Source of the DNA: Acaryochloris marina MBIC11017
GTDB taxonomy: Bacteria > Cyanobacteriota > Cyanobacteriia > Thermosynechococcales > Thermosynechococcaceae
DNA: 32,000 nt
Reading direction: 5' to 3'
Assembly (NCBI RefSeq): GCF_000018105.1
Contig: NC_009925.1
Span: 5,670,001 to 5,702,000 of the forward strand
Numbering within the stretch: position 1 is the first letter of the stretch; every line of letters begins with the position of its first letter. Under the pieces are notes generated by a model that did not search any database, was not told where the DNA came from, and saw only the letters and a list, made by a program, of their open reading frames with translations. The position numbers and the translations under genes were made by a program. This document shows positions 8,335 through 17,038 of the stretch, piece by piece.

Positions 8335-10050
8335 GTGAGCACTAATCAAAAATTTTCTCGCCAGGTGCGGAACGGCAAAGTCGTTTACGTGCCTGCAACT
8401 CCGCGTACTCATACACAATCTGCTCATTCTCAAACCTCTCGACCGCTACTTAAACTCCGGTCTAGTCTGAATTTGCTGCTGTTGGTGGGTATCGCTACCA
8501 CAGTAGTGGGCTTGGCTTGGTTAAGTTACCAAGTCATTACGGATCCAGATGTGGCGTTTTGGTTGAATCAGTATTTGCCAACCACAAAAGGGAAACAAAC
8601 CGCTGCCCATCAACCCCGTACCTTGCAGCAAATTTTGAAGCGTCTCCAGGATCAGAAACAGTCGCCCGGAAAGCCAATTGTGTTAGCGGCGAATGGCAAT
8701 ACCAATCTTTCCCGACCCGTCACTAAAGATATTTTGGTCCCTATCTATGGCAAGAAGTGTTCTCGGCCTCCTTGCCAGAACATCCAATCTTTGCAGGTAT
8801 ACCGTTCATTAAAACTGCCCTCTCTCCTGAGACTGTTCCAGGGCAAACGCTATTATCGTTTGTTGGATCGGATGACGGTGCGTGGTCCCACGGAAGAACA
8901 GCTAGTGAGCTTAGCCCGTAATCCACGTTTGGTGACAGGGTCCACCCGGCCTTTAAATTTATCTCGGGTCGAAGTTTATAATCCTGCCCCTAAGCCAGGG
9001 GCTTGGTTACGGTTAACAGGGCTGAGGACAGAAGGGAGTGCAACGGCTACCTATGGCCAAGTTTTATATTTCCATCCTGATGAAGCTCGGTTGGTCTTGA
9101 TGTTGAATTGGGCTAGCCCCTCGGGGGAATATCCTCAATGGCGTCAAGTGACGGGGGATCCGCAGCCAGAATTGGTCGTCAAACAAACAGTGGGTCTAGA
9201 GCCACAATATGCAGTCTATTGGCTGCGTCCTGCGCCAACAGGTGACTTGCAGGTAGAACATATCTCCCTAGCCAAGCCCGCCTTCGCCGATCCAGGCTAT
9301 ACCCAAAGCTTGTTGCTGGCTCGAAGTGGTTTATGGTCTCCAGCTCAAAAGCGGTTGTTGGCGGTCAAAAAAAGGCAGTTGCGTCGGTGGTCGCCTAAGG
9401 CTCAAGCCCAATTGGACTATATCAATCTCCATGCGGCTGTAGCCAAGTCTCAAGCCCAGCAAATTTCGGCGAGTCGAGTGCAAACGATTGTGGCTCGGCT
9501 GGTGAATGGAGAATGGAGTGCGGCCCTGAAGCTCTTTCAAGCCCCCCAAACGGATCCAGTAGAAGTGAGGGCCATGCTGGCTACCGATCCAGGGCGCTTA
9601 TTTGCACGAATAGAAGCTTCATTAAAGGTCAATCCCAAGAATCAAGATGCGATCGCATGGGGTACCCTTATCCGTCATGTACAGGATGATCCGAAGACAG
9701 CCCTGGTTTGGGCCCAGCAGCGGACGGGAAAAAATAAGACTTCACTTGAGACCATCAAGAAACTGTTGAAACGTCTGGATCAGCCGCGCTATACCCCGAA
9801 AGAAACCCCCACTAAGCCCAAGCCCCCCGTTTCCCAAGAAAAGCCTCCCGCCCAGTCTTCTCCAAAAGTCAAGCCTTCCCCCAAGGCTCCGCCTCCCCAG
9901 CCCCAGTCATCCGGGGCTCAACTTTCTTCGCCGGGGTCTTCGCCAGCGCCCCCTAAACCTGCCCCCGTCCCCGAGCAGACTGCACAGCCTGAACCTTCAC
10001 CGCCACCAGAGGTTGCTCCTGTTCCGGTTGAGGAGACGCCAAGGGAATAG
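8335..10050 (+). CDS. Membrane-anchored hypothetical protein, 571 aa, with a proline-rich C-terminal tail
   Basis: GTG start with no in-frame ATG before the single TM helix (LNLLLLVGIATTVVGLAWLSY). The last roughly 90 aa are P/K/S/Q-rich (KPKPPVSQEKPPAQSSPKVKPSPKAPPPQPQ...PAPPKPAPVPEQ). I recognise no catalytic motif. Confidence 0.7.
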   Translation: MSTNQKFSRQVRNGKVVYVPATPRTHTQSAHSQTSRPLLKLRSSLNLLLLVGIATTVVGLAWLSYQVITDPDVAFWLNQYLPTTKGKQTAAHQPRTLQQILKRLQDQKQSPGKPIVLAANGNTNLSRPVTKDILVPIYGKKCSRPPCQNIQSLQVYRSLKLPSLLRLFQGKRYYRLLDRMTVRGPTEEQLVSLARNPRLVTGSTRPLNLSRVEVYNPAPKPGAWLRLTGLRTEGSATATYGQVLYFHPDEARLVLMLNWASPSGEYPQWRQVTGDPQPELVVKQTVGLEPQYAVYWLRPAPTGDLQVEHISLAKPAFADPGYTQSLLLARSGLWSPAQKRLLAVKKRQLRRWSPKAQAQLDYINLHAAVAKSQAQQISASRVQTIVARLVNGEWSAALKLFQAPQTDPVEVRAMLATDPGRLFARIEASLKVNPKNQDAIAWGTLIRHVQDDPKTALVWAQQRTGKNKTSLETIKKLLKRLDQPRYTPKETPTKPKPPVSQEKPPAQSSPKVKPSPKAPPPQPQSSGAQLSSPGSSPAPPKPAPVPEQTAQPEPSPPPEVAPVPVEETPRE

Positions 10051-10051
10051 C

Positions 10052-10096
10052 TGGAAAGACAGGGCTGACTTGAATAAGGTATTCTGGATCTTTCCA
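10052..10096 (+). terminator. Possible terminator hairpin after the 571-aa gene
   Basis: TGGAAAGA (10052-10059) pairs with TCTTTCCA (10089-10096) and is followed by CTATTTTGG. The 29-nt loop is large, so support is weak. Confidence 0.25.
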
Positions 10097-10146
10097 CTAT
10101 TTTGGTGCCTTAGCTGTTGTAGTTCCCCAAGCCTGATCTAGAGTCT

Positions 10147-11085
10147 ATGTCTACTGATACTGCAAGTCTAAAAGGAAGAGATCTGCTAAGTTTAGCAGAC
10201 TTAACAAGCCCAGAAATTGATGGTTTGTTGGAACTGGCGGCTCAAATCAAGGTGGGACAGGTCAAGCCCCATTGTCCCAAGGTCCTGGGGTTGCTATTTA
10301 CCAAGGCTTCTACCCGCACAAGGGTTAGTTTCTCCGTGGGCATGTACCGTTTAGGAGGACAGGTGATTGATTTGAGGCCGGATGCCACCCAGGTGGGTCG
10401 AGGAGAGCCGTTAGAAGATACGGCTAGGGTCTTAGATCGATACTTAGATGTTTTGGCGATTCGCACCTATGAACAGCAGGATTTAAACATCTTTGCTCAA
10501 TACGCTTCAATACCTGTGATTAATGCCCTGACAGATTTAGAACATCCCTGTCAGATCTTTGCGGATTTGTTGACCCTACGAGAAGCCTTTGGACAGCTAG
10601 AAGGCTTGACTCTTACCTATTTAGGGGATGGCAACAATGTCGCCCATTCCTTGCTGTTGGGGTGTGCCCTAGTCGGAGTAAATATTCGAGTCGCGACTCC
10701 CCTGGACTATCAGCCTCTCCCTGATTTTGTTGAGAAAGCCAAGATACTGGCGGGCGATCGCAGTTCTGTACTGATCACCACCGATCCCCAAAAAGCCGTC
10801 GATGGGGCTCATGCCCTCTATACCGATGTCTGGGCCAGTATGGGCCAAGAAGAGTTGGCCAGTAATCGGATTCCTATCTTTCAGCCCTATCAAGTGAACG
10901 AATCCCTTTTGACGAAAGCGGATCCTAATGCCATTGTCCTCCATTGCTTGCCTGCCCATCGCGGAGAAGAAATTACAGCAGACGTGATGGAAGGGGCACA
11001 GTCCCGCGTGTGGGATCAGGCCGAGAATCGCTTACACACCCAGCAGGCCCTGCTAGCTAGCGTGTTAGGCGCTAAGATCGACTGA
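10147..11085 (+). CDS. argF: Ornithine carbamoyltransferase
   Basis: 312 aa with the STRTR carbamoyl-phosphate motif, HPCQ, DVWASMG and HCLPAHRGEE motifs. Confidence 0.95.
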   Translation: MSTDTASLKGRDLLSLADLTSPEIDGLLELAAQIKVGQVKPHCPKVLGLLFTKASTRTRVSFSVGMYRLGGQVIDLRPDATQVGRGEPLEDTARVLDRYLDVLAIRTYEQQDLNIFAQYASIPVINALTDLEHPCQIFADLLTLREAFGQLEGLTLTYLGDGNNVAHSLLLGCALVGVNIRVATPLDYQPLPDFVEKAKILAGDRSSVLITTDPQKAVDGAHALYTDVWASMGQEELASNRIPIFQPYQVNESLLTKADPNAIVLHCLPAHRGEEITADVMEGAQSRVWDQAENRLHTQQALLASVLGAKID

Positions 11086-11117
11086 GCGTTTGGCGATTAA
11101 GCCCCATCAATCCGTGA

Positions 11118-12464
11118 ATGAGTAAGTCTTCGATTCAGCCAGCTTTAATTTCAGGGGTGGTCCCCGATTCGATTGCAGCAGAAGTCGGATTTGAGCCGGG
11201 CGATCGTTTGGTATCGATCAATGGCGAAGTGCCCCGAGATCTGATTGACTATCGGTTTCTCTGTGCAGATGAGGTTCTGACCCTTGAGGTCTTGGATGCG
11301 GCAGGCCGACCCCATCAGGTGGAAATCGAAAAAGATTTTGATTCTGAACTGGGACTGGAGTTTGAGACGGCCCTGTTTGATGGACTGATTCAGTGTAATA
11401 ATCACTGTCCCTTTTGTTTTATCGATCAAAAGCCGCCAGGGCTGCGATCCAGCCTTTATCTCAAGGACGACGATTATCGCCTCAGCTTTTTGTATGGCAG
11501 TTATTTAACCCTAACCAATATCCCCCCCCATGAATGGGACCGTATTGAGGCGATGCGTTTATCTCCTCTCTACGTGTCTGTCCATGCGACCCATCCAGAC
11601 GTGCGCATACGGCTGCTGAAAAATCTTCGAGCTGGCCAAATTCTGGACCAATTACAGTGGTTTCAGCAGCGACGACTCCAGATTCATGCCCAGGTTGTGG
11701 TTTGCCCTGGCATCAATGATGGGGAGATTCTGCAGCAAACCATTCTGGATCTGGCTCAATTTCACCAGTCGGAGGTGCCTGCAGTGGCGTCTGTTGCGGT
11801 TGTCCCCGTGGGATTAACCCGATTTCGCCCGCCAGAGGATGAACTGAATCCAGCCGAATCGACGGATGCCATCGCCGTGATTCAGCAAGTTCAGCAGCTT
11901 CAGACCCAGTTTCAAAATCAGTTTGGGACAACATTTGCTTGGTTAGCGGACGAGTGGTTTTTAATTGCTGGACAAGATCTGCCGCCTGAGAACCACTACG
12001 AAGACTATCCGCAAATTGATAATGGTGTGGGGTCAATTCGGCAATTTCTGTCACAGTTTGATCGAGCGGCTAACGCTTTGCCCTCCCAAATTCCTGTTGC
12101 GAAGCGCTTGACTTGGATCGTGGGAAATACGGTGGAAAACGCTTTTCAACCCATTGTGCAGCGTTTAAATCAAGTCAAAGGCCTGACGATCACTCTGGCC
12201 CCACTTCGAAGTGATTATTGGGGGCAAACGATGACCGTGACGGGACTTCTAACCGGACAAGATATTTTATCGGGTTTACGCCATCAACCTTTAGGGGATG
12301 GATTACTCTTGCCGACCTTAATGCTGAAGTATGGAACCACTCAATTCCTGGATGATATGACTGTCGCGGAGTTATCTGATGAATTGAATGTTCCGATCGG
12401 CCTTATTCAAGGAGGGGCTGAAGATGTTATCCGAGCTTGCCTACAGGACTGTGTAGTCCCATAA
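11118..12464 (+). CDS. PDZ domain / radical SAM / DUF512 protein
   Basis: 448 aa. The N-terminal PDZ-like segment is GVVPDSIAAEVGFEPGDRLVSING. The CX3CX2C cluster CNNHCPFC lies at 11394-11417. The C-terminal region is typical of DUF512 proteins. Confidence 0.85.
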   Translation: MSKSSIQPALISGVVPDSIAAEVGFEPGDRLVSINGEVPRDLIDYRFLCADEVLTLEVLDAAGRPHQVEIEKDFDSELGLEFETALFDGLIQCNNHCPFCFIDQKPPGLRSSLYLKDDDYRLSFLYGSYLTLTNIPPHEWDRIEAMRLSPLYVSVHATHPDVRIRLLKNLRAGQILDQLQWFQQRRLQIHAQVVVCPGINDGEILQQTILDLAQFHQSEVPAVASVAVVPVGLTRFRPPEDELNPAESTDAIAVIQQVQQLQTQFQNQFGTTFAWLADEWFLIAGQDLPPENHYEDYPQIDNGVGSIRQFLSQFDRAANALPSQIPVAKRLTWIVGNTVENAFQPIVQRLNQVKGLTITLAPLRSDYWGQTMTVTGLLTGQDILSGLRHQPLGDGLLLPTLMLKYGTTQFLDDMTVAELSDELNVPIGLIQGGAEDVIRACLQDCVVP

Positions 12465-12852
12465 AATTCCCTTTTTATCATGAATAAATTTGGGAGTTTT
12501 AGTTTAGAGCTGCAAAAGGGGCAATATGATTGGGTGGATTCAAACGGACCTTGGATGTAGCCCTTTTGAAGAGAAATTTGGTTGAGTTGGGATTCCACCT
12601 AATCAAGGAGGTATAACGCTGAATTCTCTTCAAAATCCGGCCTCACAATTTACTATTAAGCGTAACAATTTCTTAATAAACTAGAGTATGAGCTGGTTAT
12701 TGGGAAAAATCTAGAGGTACTGAGGCAAAAAGACAAAATTTTAGCTAAGGTTTATTTGAAATTTTTAGATCGACCACAGGGTTATCTTGTTTGGATTGGC
12801 TTGTCGATTGATATTCAGTTGTGAAATGTGATGGCAACATCGGGGGGTTGGT

Positions 12853-14637
12853 ATGCAGGCTAGTGCGCAAATCTTGATGATAGAGGATGATGATCAAGAT
12901 GCGGAGCTTGTACGCAGATACTTGACAGTCAAGCAGGCTTTCCCGATTCAGATTGAGCACAGCAAGACCTTGTCTGATGGCATTAATCTTCTCAATCACA
13001 GAGAGGGAATTGACTTAATCCTGTTGGATTTATGTTTATCAGATGCTCAAGGATTAGAGACGTTTTATCAAGTCCACCAAGCTTTTCCTGCCAAGCCTTT
13101 AATTATTTTAAGCGGCAATACCGATCAATCTTTGGTGGAAGAGGCTCTCCAAAAAGGAGCATTGGATTTTCTAGTGAAAGGGCAGTTTGATAGCACTTCC
13201 CTTTGCCGTTCGATTCAATATGCCCTAAAACAGCAGCATCAATCTGTTGAAATTGGATATCGAGATCTCACCCTTGATGCCCTCACCCGGCAGCTCAAAA
13301 TTGCTCAACAGGAGCTAGAACGATTAGCGGAGGTGGACAAGGTTACCCGCGTCTTTAACCGCTGTCGGTTTGATGAAGTGTACCTGTCGGAATGGAATCG
13401 CTTGACGCGAGAAGGCTCCCATTTATCCTTAGTCTTGTGTGAAATTGATAATCTACAAGCCTACCAAGAGAAATATGGGGCTGAAGTCTGCGATTACTGT
13501 TTGCAGCGGGTTGCTGAAGAGATCGTAAAAGTTGCCAGACGCCCTGCTGATTGCGTGGCTCGTTATAGTGGGCGAACCTTTATGATTCTGTTGCCCAATA
13601 CCGATTTGGCCGGTGCCACTTATCTTGCAGAAGCGATTCGCACGGGGGTCAGGTCGGTGCCGTTCCCCCCTGAAAGTTTAGGGGTAACGAATTCCCCGAT
13701 CACCCTGAGTTTAGGGGTGGCTTGTCAAATTCCACGGGCAAAAGTTGCGCCGTCTTTGCTGATTGAAGCGGTGCATCAAGCCCTCCATTTTGCGCGAGAA
13801 CAAGGGAAAGATCGAGTCCAGATTCATCATACGGGGTGTGCAGACCCAGACCTCCACTCAAACCAGACCCTGCATTGGGTGAGTCGACTATTAAAGGCTT
13901 TAGATAAGGACCAATTTAAGCTTTATGCTCAGCCCATTTACCCCCTGAGCCGGGGGCAAAAGTCCTGCAGTTATGAGATTTTATTGCGGTTACAGGATCA
14001 GCCTGGTATTGTTTGTTCCCCCAGTTTGTTTTTACCCATGGTGGAACAGTATGACTTTATGACTCGAATTGATCGGTGGGTGATTAACAACTTGCTGGCT
14101 AATTTGGAAACTATGCCTGCTTTGGATGAACTGGATGCCCGGTTCTTTATTCACTTGTCAAGCGCGACCTGCCGCAATGGAGAACTGTTTGAGTTTTTGG
14201 ATAAACAATTTTCTCACTCCAATCGTCATGTGCAGCGATTCTGCTTTGAGGTGACTGAAAATGTGGCTCTGAGTCATTTGACGTCTACAGTGGAATTGAG
14301 CCGTTTTCTCAAATCTATGGGATGCCAGATTGCGCTAGATAATTTTGGTAGTGATATGTCTGCCTTTATGAATTTGAAACATCTGCCCGTCGATTTTGTG
14401 AAAATCGATGGGTTGTTGGTCCGGGATATTGCCCAAGATCAAATTTCTCGGGGCATTGTTGAGTCGATTCATAATGTGGCCAAGGTGATGGGCATGCAGA
14501 CGATTGCTGAGCATGTGGAGTCGGATGTCGTGCTGGATGCGATCGCAAATGTGGGTATTGATTATGCTCAAGGGCATTACTATGATCGCGCCAAGCCTTT
14601 ACTCGACGTAGTGTCAGCGACTCGCCGATCTCGCTAG
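12853..14637 (+). CDS. Response regulator with REC, degenerate GGDEF and variant EAL domains
   Basis: 594 aa. The REC domain is canonical (EDDD, LILLDL, ILSG, LVKG). The GGDEF A-site reads SGRTF (13567-13581) with RxxD retained as RPAD (13540-13551). The EAL domain has EIL (13975-13983), EVTE and KID, but HLS replaces N.S and DNFG replaces DDFG. Confidence 0.9.
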   Translation: MQASAQILMIEDDDQDAELVRRYLTVKQAFPIQIEHSKTLSDGINLLNHREGIDLILLDLCLSDAQGLETFYQVHQAFPAKPLIILSGNTDQSLVEEALQKGALDFLVKGQFDSTSLCRSIQYALKQQHQSVEIGYRDLTLDALTRQLKIAQQELERLAEVDKVTRVFNRCRFDEVYLSEWNRLTREGSHLSLVLCEIDNLQAYQEKYGAEVCDYCLQRVAEEIVKVARRPADCVARYSGRTFMILLPNTDLAGATYLAEAIRTGVRSVPFPPESLGVTNSPITLSLGVACQIPRAKVAPSLLIEAVHQALHFAREQGKDRVQIHHTGCADPDLHSNQTLHWVSRLLKALDKDQFKLYAQPIYPLSRGQKSCSYEILLRLQDQPGIVCSPSLFLPMVEQYDFMTRIDRWVINNLLANLETMPALDELDARFFIHLSSATCRNGELFEFLDKQFSHSNRHVQRFCFEVTENVALSHLTSTVELSRFLKSMGCQIALDNFGSDMSAFMNLKHLPVDFVKIDGLLVRDIAQDQISRGIVESIHNVAKVMGMQTIAEHVESDVVLDAIANVGIDYAQGHYYDRAKPLLDVVSATRRSR

Positions 14638-14803
14638 AGCCGAGCGTATTGTTCAGACTTGTTCGATAGCTTCCCTTTAGCCCTTGAGTCTCGAACCCGA
14701 TTTCTAAGATTTTCTGGGATTTAAGGTTGTAGGCTAAGGGGGGACCTATAGGGATGGTTGTCCTGAACGGAAAGTCTATCGAACGTACGCACGACATCAA
14801 TTT

Positions 14804-15835
14804 ATGATCAGAAAATTTTCTTCTCTTTGTGCAGCTCTTCTGGTCGCATTGACCTTGGGGAGCTGTAGTAGTTCTGAAGCTGCTGGAGGCCGGTTGCAGC
14901 AGGTGCTAGCTCAGAAGAAGGTGCGCTGTGGTATCAGCGGCGAGTTGCCGGGCTTTAGCTTTGTGGATGAAAAAGGCAACTATTCGGGATTAGATGTGGA
15001 TATCTGTCGTGCGATCGCAGCTGCGTTATTTGATGATCCTGATGCGGTGGAGTATCGTCCCTTAAATGCAAAAGAGCGATTTGCTGCAGTTCAGACTGGG
15101 GAGGTGGATGTTCTCAGCCGGAATACAACTTGGACTCTTGATCGAGACAGTTCGGTGCGGATGGCGTTTGCACCTGTGGTGTTTTATGACGGTCAGGGGG
15201 TAATGGTCAAAGCAGATAGCGGTATCAAGACCCTCAAGGATTTCAAAAATCGGACGGTTTGTACTCAGACTGGCACCACCAACGAGAAGAATTTAAAGGA
15301 TCAAATGCGGAAGCGTAAGGTGGACTATAAGCTTGTGGTTTATGAAGATATTAACTCTGCCTATGCTGCCTATGCGGAAGGCCGCTGTGACGGGGTGACC
15401 TCTGATCGATCGCAGCTGATCTCCCGTCGAACGGCTCTACCCAAGCCTGAAAGCCATACCATTCTAGATGAGGTTCTATCCAAAGAACCCCTAGCCCCTG
15501 CGGTTGCAGATGGAGATGTGGAATGGGCCGATGTGGTCCGTTGGGTGGTCAATGCCACGGTTGAAGCGGAAGAGCTGGGAATTCAACAAGATAATTTAGC
15601 GTCTTTTGCTAAAAGTGAGGATCCCGTCGTTAAGCGCTTTTTGGGCACGGAAGAGGAATTGGGGAAAAGTTTGGGCCTCAGCCCAGACTTCGCTGCCAGA
15701 ATCGTCAAGCATGTGGGCAACTATGGCGAAATTTACGATCGCAATTTGGGGCCAAACACTAAACTGAATTTACCCAGGGGCCAAAACCAACTGTGGAGTA
15801 AAGGTGGATTGATGTATTCTCCCCCATTTCGCTAG
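14804..15835 (+). CDS. Amino-acid ABC transporter substrate-binding lipoprotein (AapJ/BztA-like general amino-acid binding protein)
   Basis: 343 aa. It has a signal peptide with the lipobox LGSC and family-3 solute-binding motifs (GFSFVDEKGNYSGLDVDICRAIAAAL, DVLSRNTTWT). No permease or ATPase genes are adjacent. Confidence 0.88.
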   Translation: MIRKFSSLCAALLVALTLGSCSSSEAAGGRLQQVLAQKKVRCGISGELPGFSFVDEKGNYSGLDVDICRAIAAALFDDPDAVEYRPLNAKERFAAVQTGEVDVLSRNTTWTLDRDSSVRMAFAPVVFYDGQGVMVKADSGIKTLKDFKNRTVCTQTGTTNEKNLKDQMRKRKVDYKLVVYEDINSAYAAYAEGRCDGVTSDRSQLISRRTALPKPESHTILDEVLSKEPLAPAVADGDVEWADVVRWVVNATVEAEELGIQQDNLASFAKSEDPVVKRFLGTEEELGKSLGLSPDFAARIVKHVGNYGEIYDRNLGPNTKLNLPRGQNQLWSKGGLMYSPPFR

Positions 15836-15890
15836 TTGGAGAGTTGAGGATTTTTAGGACGATAAGCAGAAAATCCCGTTCGGAGTTTTC

Positions 15891-16541
15891 CTAGGATCCT
15901 CTGGTGAAAGCCTGAGTTTCTAGGAGTAAAGTTCTTGAATCGTTGAGCTGGCCGACTAAGCAGAGCTTGACATAGGAATTATCTTGGACAAAGACTTTGA
16001 GGCCTTTGCTGGTTGGAGGGCTGTTCCCGCTGCCAGTGCAGTTTGGATTGACACTTGAAATTGCATCCACCAACGCATATGTGGAAGGTCCAGCAAGTGC
16101 TGGCGCAATTTGCTGGCGATAAACAGTTCTTGGTCCTCTCCAAATGGCACTCGCGCTTTTCGGAGCCGTATAATAGGCAAATTCAAATTCTTGCCTCGCA
16201 GCTCCTTCACCTTCAACTTTTGTTAGCTTAAACACTCCCAGATAATTGGCCCTCGCAGGGATATCACTAACTGATACCGACGTAGCAGTTTTAATATCAT
16301 CGACGATAAAGTCTAAAGCTCTATTCAGTTCTGACTGCCGTTCTGCTTCAACTGTATTGCGTTCGTTGGCTCTCAAGATCTGAATCAAACCCAAACCCGC
16401 TAGGGTAATCACCAAGCTCAGAATTAGTGATGCAACTAACAATTCTGGTAGCGTAAAACCATTAGAACGGCCTCGAACAGGGAAAGTATTTCTCGATAAA
16501 AGCAAGATAAGTCTGACTTGCGGAGTTAGGGTCTTACACAT
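15891..16541 (-). CDS. Prepilin-type N-terminal cleavage/methylation domain protein (minor pilin, PilW-like)
   Basis: The G|FTLPELLVASLILSLVITLAG motif is followed by a non-conserved globular part. The long ORF overlaps the upstream gene by 16 nt, so the true start may be an internal TTG. Confidence 0.75.
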   Translation of the reverse strand: MCKTLTPQVRLILLLSRNTFPVRGRSNGFTLPELLVASLILSLVITLAGLGLIQILRANERNTVEAERQSELNRALDFIVDDIKTATSVSVSDIPARANYLGVFKLTKVEGEGAARQEFEFAYYTAPKSASAIWRGPRTVYRQQIAPALAGPSTYALVDAISSVNPNCTGSGNSPPTSKGLKVFVQDNSYVKLCLVGQLNDSRTLLLETQAFTRGS

Positions 16542-17038
16542 TTATCTATTCCCAAATCGTAGTTGCCGGTACGCATAAGGCCAATTCCTGTGGAGATTGC
16601 GAGACATTTGGGTGTAACAGAACTATTAGGAATAGAAACCCATAGTGTAGTCCCTGGAGGGGTATATAGCCCTTTAAAGTTGAAGGATATATCGTGTGGA
16701 GCGGAATGATTGTAGAAGATGGTTACATCTTCAATTTTGCGACTTCCTGTAACTAGGCAATTTCCGGTAATGCTTTGGTTGATTCCTTTGGGAACAGAGA
16801 TAGTACAATCCTGACTTCGTTTGATAGCTTCCCTTTGGGTTTCCTTAATGGCCCCCTCTATTTTGGCGAGGGCATCATCCACTTTTTTTTGATTGAGCCA
16901 ACCCAAAAAGCTGGGAGTAGATAGGGTCGCGAAGATACCAAAAATGACGACTAGGGCAATCGTTTCAGTTAGTGTGAAACCCACTGAGGTCTGTTTGCGT
17001 CTTGGAGTGAAGGAATAATAGCGGTGTTTCAATTTCAA
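16526..17038 (-). CDS. GspH/FimT-family pseudopilin (minor pilin)
   Basis: 170 aa. It has a leader ending in G|FTLTETIALVVIFGIFATLSTPSF, followed by WLNQKKVDDALAKIEGAI, which is typical of FimT/GspH. Confidence 0.75.
   Translation of the reverse strand: MKLKHRYYSFTPRRKQTSVGFTLTETIALVVIFGIFATLSTPSFLGWLNQKKVDDALAKIEGAIKETQREAIKRSQDCTISVPKGINQSITGNCLVTGSRKIEDVTIFYNHSAPHDISFNFKGLYTPPGTTLWVSIPNSSVTPKCLAISTGIGLMRTGNYDLGIDKCVRP

Noticed and set aside
7995-8342. 115-aa minus-strand ORF mirroring the 109-aa plus-strand ORF
   Set aside because: Only one of the two can be real. The plus-strand frame has an ATG and is tightly coupled to the downstream co-directional gene, with a balanced acidic/helical composition. 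The choice is not certain, so confidence for the plus-strand call was lowered.
14655-14705. tRNA-like T-loop strings: GGTTCGAG on the minus strand near 14690, and GGTTCGAAAAAAAG near 19277
   Set aside because: No complementary T-stem, acceptor stem or anticodon arm could be drawn around either. No cloverleaf means no tRNA call.
14760-14790. Resemblance of GAACGGAAAGTC to the ACGGAAGUAGG core of the glutamine (glnA) riboswitch
   Set aside because: Only six contiguous bases match my recollection of the consensus, and the enclosed domain (about 105 nt) is much larger than that riboswitch. I kept it only as a generic structured-leader hypothesis pending an Rfam scan.
14366-14800. 144-aa minus-strand ORF covering the 3' end of the EAL gene and the following spacer
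   Set aside because: It is antisense to a well-supported domain-containing gene and has Pro/Ser/His-rich, non-protein-like composition. I treat it as spurious.
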